Source of the DNA: a virus
Taxonomy: Duplodnaviria > Caudoviricetes
Length of the DNA stretch: 52,313 nucleotides
IMG/VR virus record: IMGVR_UViG_3300037090_000125
Location: 1-52,313 of that record
Strand: one strand, 5' to 3'
Of the stretch, positions 26,118-34,572 are shown piece after piece (positions within the stretch are counted from its first letter, which is position 1; each line of letters starts with the position of its first letter). Under the pieces are notes generated by a model, which worked only from the letters and a program-made list of their open reading frames with translations, had not been told where the DNA came from and did no database searches. Both the position numbers and the translations under genes were made by a program.

Positions 26118-26306
26118 TTATGAATCGTTGGAAGCTTTTTTAAGAACAGCTTGCCGCTCTTTTATCTTCAGCCTTATGAGTTCCTTCATCGGCTCAGGAA
26201 TCTTCCCGGCCTTATAATTCCAGTAAGACCGGATATCGACGCCAAGCTCATCGGCTGTTTTTTTGGGTGAGCCACAAAGCTCGGTAAGTTTTTCAAGTTC
26301 GTTCAT
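26118..26306 (-). CDS. Cro-like HTH repressor
   Basis: GSPKKTADELGVDIRSYWNYKAGKIP; first gene after the operator-overlapped promoter; start 26306 (GGAGG RBS) or 26318. Confidence 0.8.
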   Translation of the reverse strand: MNELEKLTELCGSPKKTADELGVDIRSYWNYKAGKIPEPMKELIRLKIKERQAVLKKASNDS

Positions 26307-26326
26307 TTGCGCCTCCATTCCAGACT

Positions 26327-26496
26327 ATTATGGTGAAAAAATTTCACCAAGTAAAGGGGAATATTGTTGGCTGGAAGCAAAACCGCCAGAAACGTAATCC
26401 CGATGTTCCCGACCCCATAGCCAAAAATTTTTATTTAACGTGGTGAAAAAAATTCACCGATTAGGGCTTGTAATGGTGAAAAATATTCACTATAGT
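26327..26496. promoter_or_regulatory. Divergent promoters with three 19-bp palindromic operators
   Basis: TGGTGAAAAAATTTCACCA 26331, TGGTGAAAAAAATTCACCG 26441, TGGTGAAAAATATTCACTA 26474; leftward TTTACT-17-CATAAT; rightward TTGTAA(26468)-17-TATAGT(26491). Confidence 0.88.
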
Positions 26497-26650
26497 ATCT
26501 CCAACATCGACACCGACTTCGACCCGCTGCGCGACTCCGCCTAATGGATCAAGCGGCAAAAAAGGGAAGCAGAAGGTGACTAACCGAAAACCTTAACCCC
26601 AACGGTTTCAAACCCGAAGGGACCGCAAGACAAGGACGACGGAGGGGACC

Positions 26651-26953
26651 ATGTACGAACAGGGTTGTACGGCACAACAGATGAACGCCATACCGGGTGG
26701 ATTGGCCACTGGACCGAGAAAAGAACTAACCTTTGAGCGTCTTATCTCCCGGCTTGATGAGGTTTTGGAAGTGGCGCGAGGCGTAGCGGGTCAGGTTGAG
26801 CACACTACCGACCAACTCGCAGGGGGAAGGCCGGAGGATGCAACAAAGCCAGCGGCACCCGGCACCGCGTCGCTCTACGATCAGGCACACATCAGGGTGG
26901 ATTCTATCGAGCGATACCTGCGCGCAATCTTGCAGGCCGTTGAACGGCTTTAG
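26651..26953 (+). CDS. Hypothetical early protein
   Basis: GGAGG RBS. Confidence 0.7.
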   Translation: MYEQGCTAQQMNAIPGGLATGPRKELTFERLISRLDEVLEVARGVAGQVEHTTDQLAGGRPEDATKPAAPGTASLYDQAHIRVDSIERYLRAILQAVERL

Positions 26954-26963
26954 GAGGGGGACC

Positions 26964-27344
26964 ATGTATCCAAGAACAAATTACGAAATGAGCGAGCAGG
27001 ATTTGGCGGAGTTGTTGGAGGCCTGCAAACCGACGCCGGTGATGTTCCTGTCTGGCGGTCAGAGAATGGGTGGCAGCCCCCAAGAGAACGCTAACGATGC
27101 GTGGTCGAGCTTGGGGACGAAGATGGGATTCGACCACATGACGGTCCGGCCAATAGACGGCAAGAGCCAGCGGTTTTTTACCGCTGTGCCTGCGGAGACC
27201 GGCGAACAGCGAGCAGATAGGGTGAAGATCGAGGCGCGGCGAGACCGAGAGCAAGAAATCATAATGCTTAACGCCGAGATTGCGCATAAGCAAAAAAGGT
27301 TGGCCGAACTCGAAGAGATGGACGACACTGGAGGAAAACCATGA
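26964..27344 (+). CDS. Hypothetical early protein
   Basis: AGGAGG RBS before MYPRTNYEM. Confidence 0.7.
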   Translation: MYPRTNYEMSEQDLAELLEACKPTPVMFLSGGQRMGGSPQENANDAWSSLGTKMGFDHMTVRPIDGKSQRFFTAVPAETGEQRADRVKIEARRDREQEIIMLNAEIAHKQKRLAELEEMDDTGGKP

Positions 27345-27538
27345 AAGCGCACCATACAGCAATGCCATGCGAGTGTCCGGAATCGGCGCTCATCATCCGG
27401 TCCTACGCTGGCCGGGTGTTAGACCAAATGCGAGAAGGCTATCTGGAGACATCCTGCACGTTTTGCGGGAGATATCACCGCTACGACCTGGGGGACTGTT
27501 TTGTCCTTGGAAGCAGGCGCGAAATACAGCCGAGTTAG
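27341..27538 (+). CDS. Small Cys-containing protein
   Basis: GGAGG RBS; coupled. Confidence 0.55.
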   Translation: MKAHHTAMPCECPESALIIRSYAGRVLDQMREGYLETSCTFCGRYHRYDLGDCFVLGSRREIQPS

Positions 27539-27547
27539 GAGTCACCG

Positions 27548-27730
27548 ATGCCTGACACCGATTTCACCGAACTTGAACGCGAGGACGCCCGCAAGGCCGC
27601 CGCCGCAGACCGGATAGTGGCTGACATGCCTTGTAGTTACGCAGGCGAGGTGACGCGCTTGCTGTACCGACATTTCTGGGACAACCTGGACCGGCCTACG
27701 GGTTACGTGGAGGATACCGATGAATCTTGA
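27548..27730 (+). CDS. Hypothetical protein
   Basis: AGGAG RBS. Confidence 0.55.
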   Translation: MPDTDFTELEREDARKAAAADRIVADMPCSYAGEVTRLLYRHFWDNLDRPTGYVEDTDES

Positions 27731-27986
27731 GTGTCCGTATTGTGAAGCCGATTGCGGCCAACCCGACGAGGTTTATCCCGGCATGGCCGACGAAGAGGAA
27801 GAATGCCCGAAGTGCGGCAAGAGCTTCCTGTACGACTGCGAATATGAGCCACTTTATTATGCGCGGAAGACACCATGCCTGAACGGGGAACCTCATGATT
27901 ATCGGCCGATTCCATACTCTGATCCGCCATGGCGGAGATGCGAGGCGTGCCGAATATTGGAGCCGAAAGTGGAGGTGGAGGAATGA
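27720..27986 (+). CDS. Zinc-ribbon protein
   Basis: ECPYC..ECPKCGKSF. Confidence 0.65.
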   Translation: MNLECPYCEADCGQPDEVYPGMADEEEECPKCGKSFLYDCEYEPLYYARKTPCLNGEPHDYRPIPYSDPPWRRCEACRILEPKVEVEE

Positions 27987-28183
27987 AGTGCCCGTTCTGT
28001 TTTCAAGACGATAACGCAGTCCATTCCCTAGACGTTGTGGGCGCTCTCACCCGCCCCCACTATCATGTATTCTGTTATGTGTGCGCCTGCTATGGACCCA
28101 CGGCACCCACCAAGGAACGAGCCGTGAAGCTGTGGGAAGACCGTCCCAAATGCGAGGCCATACTGGCGGACCCCAATGCCTGA
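27983..28183 (+). CDS. Lar-like (restriction alleviation family) zinc protein
   Basis: MKCPFC..HVFCYVCACYGP..TKERAVKLW. Confidence 0.65.
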   Translation: MKCPFCFQDDNAVHSLDVVGALTRPHYHVFCYVCACYGPTAPTKERAVKLWEDRPKCEAILADPNA

Positions 28184-28195
28184 CGAGGGAAGAAC

Positions 28196-28438
28196 ATGTG
28201 TTACGGAATGGGATGTAAATGGGAGAATCAATCCATCGGCGAGGGGGGTGGCGAATGTCGCAAGCCCTCATTTGTGAAATGCCCGATGGCAGAGGAAGAG
28301 GCAGCAAACACCATCGATGACGAGGATTACTATTGTTCCGTCCGTGGCATAGACGGTGATGCTTGCCCCCGTCCCGCCTCTGAACGGAGTCCGTTGCGGT
28401 GTAGTAGGTGTGAAAACGAGCGGGCTACCAATGTCTGA
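28196..28438 (+). CDS. Cys-rich hypothetical protein
   Basis: MCYGMGCKWE..GEC. Confidence 0.5.
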   Translation: MCYGMGCKWENQSIGEGGGECRKPSFVKCPMAEEEAANTIDDEDYYCSVRGIDGDACPRPASERSPLRCSRCENERATNV

Positions 28439-28477
28439 CGAGATTGACCTGCGGGAGCGCCTGGCGAAGGAGAAACA

Positions 28478-29395
28478 ATGCTGACCGACGAACAGAAAGA
28501 GAGACGCAAACATTCTATTGGCGGCAGTGATAGCCCAGTGATTTGCGGCATTTCTCCATTTATGACTCCGCGCGACCTGTGGCTTGAGAAAAAGGGGCTT
28601 TTACCTGAACGTCCAGAGACTCCGGCCATGAAGCGCGGGACCCGAATGGAAAGCGTTGCCGCTGAGATGTTCATGGAAAAGACTGGTATCGAGCTTGTAA
28701 CTGTTGATCAGCAACTCATTCACCCCGACCTCCCCTGGTGGTCCGGACATGTTGACAGGACGACTACGGACGGTGAAACCGTCGCGGAGATTAAAGTCCC
28801 GGGCTGGCGACAATTCAGCAAGATCCGGCGCGAGGGGATGAGCGATTACATCCAGGTCCAAAATCAGCACTACATGCTCTACCCGAAGTTCAAGCGCGGC
28901 ATCTACATCATCATGAGTCTTGAGGAATGGGACGTTTTGTGGTTCGAGCAAGAACCCGATGCCGAGTTGCAGGGCGCAATAGTTGAGGCCGATTCTCTTT
29001 TCTGGGAAATGTTGCAGCGGGACGTTGAGCCGCCAGAAGTATCCAGCCCCGTTATCGACCTTCCGCCCATCGGCAACTCCGAGATACTAAGAATATCTTC
29101 GCCCGAGTGGTACAAGGCCATTTCTGAGCTTCAGGAAGCCCAAGAGATACTGGAAGAGGCCGAAGCACTGAAAGAGGCCGCAAAGGCCGAAATTTTGCGC
29201 CAGATGGCGAATCATGAGGTGGCCGAGTCGGAAGGATTCCGGGCATACAATAAACTCCAAAACGGACGAACATCGATAGATACGAAACGCCTCAAAAAAG
29301 AAATGCCCGACATTTACAGCAAGTACGCCAAAACCGGAGTCCCATTCAAGAGCTTCAGAACATTTTTCCTGAAAGGATCGCATAATGACGGATGA
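28478..29395 (+). CDS. YqaJ-like (lambda exo family) exonuclease
   Basis: RKHSIGGSD..ISPFMTP..LWLEK, GHVDR, EIK, QVQNQHYM. Confidence 0.92.
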   Translation: MLTDEQKERRKHSIGGSDSPVICGISPFMTPRDLWLEKKGLLPERPETPAMKRGTRMESVAAEMFMEKTGIELVTVDQQLIHPDLPWWSGHVDRTTTDGETVAEIKVPGWRQFSKIRREGMSDYIQVQNQHYMLYPKFKRGIYIIMSLEEWDVLWFEQEPDAELQGAIVEADSLFWEMLQRDVEPPEVSSPVIDLPPIGNSEILRISSPEWYKAISELQEAQEILEEAEALKEAAKAEILRQMANHEVAESEGFRAYNKLQNGRTSIDTKRLKKEMPDIYSKYAKTGVPFKSFRTFFLKGSHNDG

Positions 29396-30320
29396 AATGA
29401 GTAAAGCACTTCAAAAAGTTGAGACCGCCGAACCATCACTGCCCGTTGTGGCTGGTTTCGGAAGTAAAGATGGATTTGACCTTTTGCTTCGTCAGGCAAA
29501 GTGGCTCGCGGAAAGCGATCTACTTCCGAAGCAGTTCCGGAAGAACGTTCCGAATACCGTTGTAGGGCTCGAAATGGCGAACCGTATGGGCGCTAGCCCC
29601 CTTGCAGTATTTCAGAACATTTATGTAGTCCACGGCAAACCGGGGTGGTCGGCGCAATTCACCATCGCGGCGGTCAATAGTACAGGTAAATTCTCCCCTC
29701 TAAGATTCCAACTTACCGATCTGGGACCGGAACAAACCGTCACGGTCACATTGACCGAATATGAAGAGGGGAAAAAGCAAACCCGCAACATTACCGAAAA
29801 GATACGGGACCGAATTTGTATCGCATGGGCTATTGAAAAGGAAACCGGAGAACGGCTCGAATCTCCACCTGTCTCGATGGTCATGTCTGTAATGGAGGGA
29901 TGGTATAGCAAGGCCGGGTCGAAATGGAAGACGATGCCGGAATTGATGCTCCGATACCGAGCGGCAGCATTTTTTGGTCGGCTCTATGCACCTGAAGTCC
30001 TGATGGGGATGAAGACTATTGAGGAAATCGAGGACATTGTCGACCTGGAACCGAGCGAATATCAAACCATTCCCGAGAAAACGGCAAGCAAGAAGGAAGC
30101 CCTCAAGGAAAAACTGAAGGCTAAGAAGGATGCCCCCCCCGAGGCGTCACCCGTCGAACAGGCAACCCCCCCGGTTGAAGACCCCATCCCCGATGCTGCA
30201 AAATATATCTGGTGCGAGGACGAATCAAAACGGGTCACACCAATGCGAGAAACATGCAAGAACTGCCAGACTCAATGCGGAGAGTACATGGAATGGTTGC
30301 AGACGCAGGCAGCCGCATAG
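29385..30320 (+). CDS. RecT/Redbeta-like single-strand annealing protein
   Basis: Follows the exonuclease; QNIYVVHGKPGWSAQF and SKWKTMPELMLRYRAAAFFGRLYAPEVLMG. Confidence 0.85.
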   Translation: MTDEMSKALQKVETAEPSLPVVAGFGSKDGFDLLLRQAKWLAESDLLPKQFRKNVPNTVVGLEMANRMGASPLAVFQNIYVVHGKPGWSAQFTIAAVNSTGKFSPLRFQLTDLGPEQTVTVTLTEYEEGKKQTRNITEKIRDRICIAWAIEKETGERLESPPVSMVMSVMEGWYSKAGSKWKTMPELMLRYRAAAFFGRLYAPEVLMGMKTIEEIEDIVDLEPSEYQTIPEKTASKKEALKEKLKAKKDAPPEASPVEQATPPVEDPIPDAAKYIWCEDESKRVTPMRETCKNCQTQCGEYMEWLQTQAAA

Positions 30321-30351
30321 CGGAGCCGGTGAGGAGGAGGAGGAGGGGGAA

Positions 30352-30765
30352 GTGAGAGAGTGCCTGGTTGATAGAGACATCGATGAGCCGATAGAAACGA
30401 TTCGAGATAAAACGGTCCGCTCAAAAAAGGCAATGAAGTGCGGGGAATGTGGAAGAGACATCCCGTCCGGAACTCCATTCCGTATCGAAGTGGGCCGCCT
30501 GGACGGTGATTATACCCACAACATAACCTGCCTCACCTGCTTGGAACTCAGGAATCGGTTTTGCTGTTCATGGTGGTATGGAGGCATCCTCGAAGACATT
30601 GTTTATGAACTGGAGGAAAACGGCGGAGCATTGGAACTCGGATGTCTTGACGGATTGAGCCCTGACGCATTCGGTTTTATTGCTGACACGCTGGATCAGA
30701 TTTGGAGCGAGGACGATAACGCCGCCGAGATAGACCGGCTGCAAAGGGCCGAGAAAGGGGAATGA
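30352..30765 (+). CDS. Zinc-finger hypothetical protein
   Basis: KAMKCGECGRDI..G..TCLTC; GTG start inferred. Confidence 0.65.
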   Translation: MRECLVDRDIDEPIETIRDKTVRSKKAMKCGECGRDIPSGTPFRIEVGRLDGDYTHNITCLTCLELRNRFCCSWWYGGILEDIVYELEENGGALELGCLDGLSPDAFGFIADTLDQIWSEDDNAAEIDRLQRAEKGE

Positions 30766-31205
30766 TGAACGACAGTAAGTTGATAAAAAAAATAGCCGAC
30801 ATGTATCGTAACGAATGGACTACCGCCGAAGTCTACGCAGAACAGGCGATAACCATGGTTCGCGAGCACGACAAGCCGGAAGTTGAGCAACTCCGCGCCG
30901 GACTCGCTACATTGCGCGAAATGAATGCCGCGCTTCGCATGGCAATAAAGCGTGAGGCCCTGGCAGGTTATCGCAACCATAAAGCCTATGAGCGAGTCAA
31001 GGCCGAACTCGCCAGCGGGGCGGAGGTGTGGCTGGCAGAAGATACGGATGGTAATCGGTATATGAGTCTCGATGAACCTATTTTTCTGCCCGATGATGGA
31101 GAGATGTCATTCACGGACGGCTTTGAGTTACCAAACACCTGGATGGACGAATTGTTGTCACCCGGCGAGTGCCGTCGCGCCCTAATCGTGCTGGACGCCC
31201 AATAA
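30762..31205 (+). CDS. Hypothetical protein
   Basis: Coupled ORF. Confidence 0.6.
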   Translation: MMNDSKLIKKIADMYRNEWTTAEVYAEQAITMVREHDKPEVEQLRAGLATLREMNAALRMAIKREALAGYRNHKAYERVKAELASGAEVWLAEDTDGNRYMSLDEPIFLPDDGEMSFTDGFELPNTWMDELLSPGECRRALIVLDAQ

Positions 31206-31213
31206 TGACCCGC

Positions 31214-31228
31214 TGGCTTTCCATGCCC
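31214..31228 (+). repeat. 15-bp direct repeat TGGCTTTCCATGCCC, copy 1
   Basis: Second copy 32788-32802. Confidence 0.8.
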
Positions 31229-31499
31229 GTAGCCGACTCGCAAAGGAGGAAAGATGAATTGGATTAGTACTGCAGACCAGTTACCACAGGGCGGAGTCCG
31301 GGTGCTCTTCTGCTTCCGGAACGATTTGGATAAACACAGGACTGCCCTAGGTTGCTATAGCCTGGCACGCACCGAGGAATCACATATTGATAACTGTGAT
31401 GGTGATTGCGTGGACTGCTCTATCGGCGACATGGATAATAACGGACAATGCTGGAGGCCCGAGGGATGGTATGAGGAGCCGAATGAAGCTGAGTTTTAT

Positions 31500-32728
31500 A
31501 AACACCTTTCGAGAAAACCTCCGGTTTCAACCGGGGGATGAATCAAAAAAGTGTTGACTTTCCAACATAGTTAAGCGTAAAATAACAACATGCTTAAAAA
31601 TTACCGATACCGTATCCAACCGACCAAGAAGCAAACAAAAGCCCTTGAGAATGTTCTTGAGGAATGCCGATGGCTATACAATCATTTCCTGTCTGGACGA
31701 AAGGATTCTTGGGAAACCAAGCAGGAGGGTGTCACCTACTACGACCAGACAAGGAGCCTTCCAAACCTCAAGAAAGAACGAGCATCTCTCAACGAAGTTC
31801 ATAGCCAGACGCTTCAAAACGTGGCGGTCCGAGTTGATCTTGCTTTCCAGGCGTTTTTTCGAAGAACCAAAAAAGGAGAAAAACCCGGCTATCCTCGTTT
31901 TAAAGGAAAGGGACGATACGACAGCATAACTTTCCCCCAGGTCCCTTCGGGCTGTTCCATTAAAAACGGCAGACTCTTCGTTTCCAAGATCGGCCACATT
32001 AAGATTGTTCAGCATCGTCCGCTCGGTGGAATACCAAAGACCGCCACTATCTTTCGTTCTTCTACGGGCAAATGGTATGTCACTTTTGCCACTGCCGTTG
32101 AGCCTAAAGTTTTGCCTGTAAGGGACAACCCGGTCGGTATTGATGTTGGCCTTCACACCTTCGCTGCCCTCTCCGATGGAAACATAGTGGACAATCCCTG
32201 CTTTTTTAAGAAGGAAGAGAAGCGGCTTGCAAAAGTCCAACGCAAACTTTCCAAAGAAGCGAAGGGTACTCCTGAACGGTTCAAACGTCGTAAGATCGTC
32301 GGCAGAGTTCACGAACGCATTCGGTTCAAGCGTGAGAACTTCACCCATCAGGAATCCCGAAAGATTGTTGACGGATATGGACGAATCTTCGTTGAAGACC
32401 TGAACGTCAACCGAATGGTTCACGACAGTTGCCTTGCAAAGAGCATTTCGGATGCAGCTTGGTCGCAATTCTTCGCCATGACCCACTACAAAGCGGTAGA
32501 AGCTGGTAGAGTGTTCACGGCGGTTAACCCGGCCTACACATCGCAAACATGCAGCGGATGCGGACACCGGCAACCAATGCCCTTGTCTAAGCGTATCTTT
32601 GAATGTCCCTGCTGTGGTTTGCATATCGACCGAGACCTCAATGCTTCCCTAAATATTCTCCGCTTGGGGATACAAGCGGTGGGTGAAAATCCCTAGAAGC
32701 CTCTGACTTTAGTCAGGGGAGTATTCAC
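31500..32728 (+). mobile_element. TnpB-only IS200/IS605-family (IS1341-type) element 2
   Basis: Inserted after TTTAT without duplication; left hairpin CCTCCGGTTTCAACCGGGGG; right hairpin CCTCTGACTTTAGTCAGGGG ending TTCAC. Confidence 0.92.
31590..32696 (+). CDS. tnpB: RNA-guided endonuclease TnpB
   Basis: YRYRIQPT, GYPRFK, RuvC GIDVG/FVEDL/DRDLNAS, zinc finger CSGCG..CPCCG. Confidence 0.97.
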   Translation: MLKNYRYRIQPTKKQTKALENVLEECRWLYNHFLSGRKDSWETKQEGVTYYDQTRSLPNLKKERASLNEVHSQTLQNVAVRVDLAFQAFFRRTKKGEKPGYPRFKGKGRYDSITFPQVPSGCSIKNGRLFVSKIGHIKIVQHRPLGGIPKTATIFRSSTGKWYVTFATAVEPKVLPVRDNPVGIDVGLHTFAALSDGNIVDNPCFFKKEEKRLAKVQRKLSKEAKGTPERFKRRKIVGRVHERIRFKRENFTHQESRKIVDGYGRIFVEDLNVNRMVHDSCLAKSISDAAWSQFFAMTHYKAVEAGRVFTAVNPAYTSQTCSGCGHRQPMPLSKRIFECPCCGLHIDRDLNASLNILRLGIQAVGENP

Positions 32729-32787
32729 TACTCCGTAAGTTATTCAGTGACCCACTGGCAACCACTGCCCGAGGCCCCGAAATGAAA

Positions 32788-32802
32788 TGGCTTTCCATGC
32801 CC
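32788..32802 (+). repeat. 15-bp direct repeat, copy 2
   Basis: Identical to 31214-31228. Confidence 0.8.
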
Positions 32803-32826
32803 CTGGCGTGTGAGTGAGATGCCCCC

Positions 32827-34572
32827 CTACCACGTCCTCGCCGCCCCTTGTGACACCGGACCCGCACCTGTTGTGTACGGTCCCACACTTCCACCTTGCC
32901 AAGAATAGGCCCCGATGTCCCAGGCGCCGGTTGCGGGCCGCGCGGTGCCTGCGAGGTCCGAACATAGGGCATTTGGCAGTGATCCGCCGTTCTGAATGCA
33001 AAGACTTGATAGATTGACCCCCTTGCCCACAGTAGCCGATGACGATACAGCTATATAATTGCTGTCAAGTCCCAACGTGCCGGTGCAGCAATCTCCATTG
33101 CTATATAGTCCCGTATTGATTGAATGCTGCTCCTGACCGTAAGAGCCTGCATCCGTTAAATACTCGCTCCAATTACTGTTTGCTCCCGGAATGAAAGTAC
33201 CAAAAACGTGACCATTAGGGCCGCCAGTTATAGGAGAACCGGAATAAGCATTATAGTCGGCAGTGATGCCGGTATTGTAGGTGCCATTCAGTTCATCGTC
33301 CCCGTTTAGATAATCAAACCCCTGGACGGCGTTGTTCTCGAAAGCGAAAGTATAGCTGTTCTGCGATATGCCGCTCCAATGGATACCGGACCCTGCGCTA
33401 TTAGGCCCTATCGTATTTATGACTGTATTATTATAAGCCGTATTCCCGTTCCCGCCACCATCAATTATGCCGGATTGATTCATGGTTCCGTTCTGAGTCA
33501 CTATAAGGTTGTTAAACATTGATGAGTTATTAATGAATGCTCCAGTCGAGTTGGTCGCAGATAGGTATAATGCACCATAAAGACACGCACTAGAGTCGTT
33601 GATGATATTGTTGTAAATATAAAGATCGTTGAATGCAGTTGTGCCTGAGTTGACGCTGGAATGGAAACCTTCTATGTGATAGACACAACCACTTGTATCA
33701 AAATTCTCGAAGTCGTGTAGGTAATTACCGTAAATATACCCACCAGACATTGTTCCGCTGGTTAAATTACTCGTCCAGTAAAACGGATGTGGAGTGTTAT
33801 AAACATTGTTATTATATATCTGGATGTTGCTGTCACCATTCGACCCAAGATACCACATGCACCACCCAACATCATGCATGTCACTATCATGTATAAGAAT
33901 ATTGGTGCCTGAAAACACCATGCAGCTATCATAGCCAATGTTTGCAGTGGTAGCTCCGGAAGTTTGCTGATACATATTGTAGATGCCAATGTTTCTCACT
34001 TCACAGTTGGTACAGTTTAACAGCGCAATCGCATTAGTCTTGCCACCATCGTAGGCAAGACCTGCGCCCATTTGCGTGTTCACGATAGAGCCGTTGCATG
34101 TGCCTTCGCTGGTATTGGTTGCCACATTCCAGCCGCAAGGAGTATTTAGGCCACCATCGACCGTGATAAAACTCCGGGGGGTCGACGGCGTACTCATTAC
34201 TAGACATCCCGAATTATTCCCTTGACCATCCATGCAAGAAGGGGCGCTTAATTGAGCACCGCTTTCAAACAGCAAAGTAATAGGATTCCCAGACGTACCG
34301 CTACCCTGGAAGGTTAGGATATTCTCGTTCCCCGTGTTAGGACCATAGATCGTTCCGCAGATATGGACCGTATCTCCTGGACTTATCTTGCCGGAGGTCC
34401 CGGTTGTGCTGCTCCAGTTGCTAGGAGTGTTGAACCACGTGTAGGCGTAGGCGTTGACACACGAGGTTCCGTTTGCCGATTGAGCCGCTGATTGCGCGAT
34501 GTAGTAATCTGCGGCGCAAACATCCGAAATGGCCAAGAATAATAGAAATATTAGAAGTATTGTTTTTTTCAT
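32827..34572 (-). CDS. Right-handed beta-helix (pectin-lyase-like) protein with signal peptide
   Basis: Signal peptide then DYYIA; PGDTVHICGT; repeated IYNN/YGN strands; C-terminal DLAGTARP..WDIGAY. Confidence 0.8.
   Translation of the reverse strand: MKKTILLIFLLFLAISDVCAADYYIAQSAAQSANGTSCVNAYAYTWFNTPSNWSSTTGTSGKISPGDTVHICGTIYGPNTGNENILTFQGSGTSGNPITLLFESGAQLSAPSCMDGQGNNSGCLVMSTPSTPRSFITVDGGLNTPCGWNVATNTSEGTCNGSIVNTQMGAGLAYDGGKTNAIALLNCTNCEVRNIGIYNMYQQTSGATTANIGYDSCMVFSGTNILIHDSDMHDVGWCMWYLGSNGDSNIQIYNNNVYNTPHPFYWTSNLTSGTMSGGYIYGNYLHDFENFDTSGCVYHIEGFHSSVNSGTTAFNDLYIYNNIINDSSACLYGALYLSATNSTGAFINNSSMFNNLIVTQNGTMNQSGIIDGGGNGNTAYNNTVINTIGPNSAGSGIHWSGISQNSYTFAFENNAVQGFDYLNGDDELNGTYNTGITADYNAYSGSPITGGPNGHVFGTFIPGANSNWSEYLTDAGSYGQEQHSINTGLYSNGDCCTGTLGLDSNYIAVSSSATVGKGVNLSSLCIQNGGSLPNALCSDLAGTARPATGAWDIGAYSWQGGSVGPYTTGAGPVSQGAARTW

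Larger units (their letters stand above)
24877..26119 (-). mobile_element. TnpB-only IS200/IS605-family (IS1341-type) element 1
   Basis: Left-end hairpin CCCCTGATTTCAATCAGGGG after TTCAT; right-end hairpin CCTCTGACTTCAGTCAGGGG ending TTGAC; no tnpA. Confidence 0.88.
31254..32785 (+). pseudogene. DUF551-family gene split by IS element 2 (31254-31499 plus 32729-32785)
   Basis: MNWISTADQLP start; removing 31500-32728 restores in-frame EFY-YSVSYSVTHWQPLPEAPK-stop. Confidence 0.9.

Noticed and set aside
25050-26123. 357-aa plus-strand ORF (and 31674-32624 minus-strand ORF)
   Set aside because: Antisense shadows of tnpB genes with no recognisable motifs
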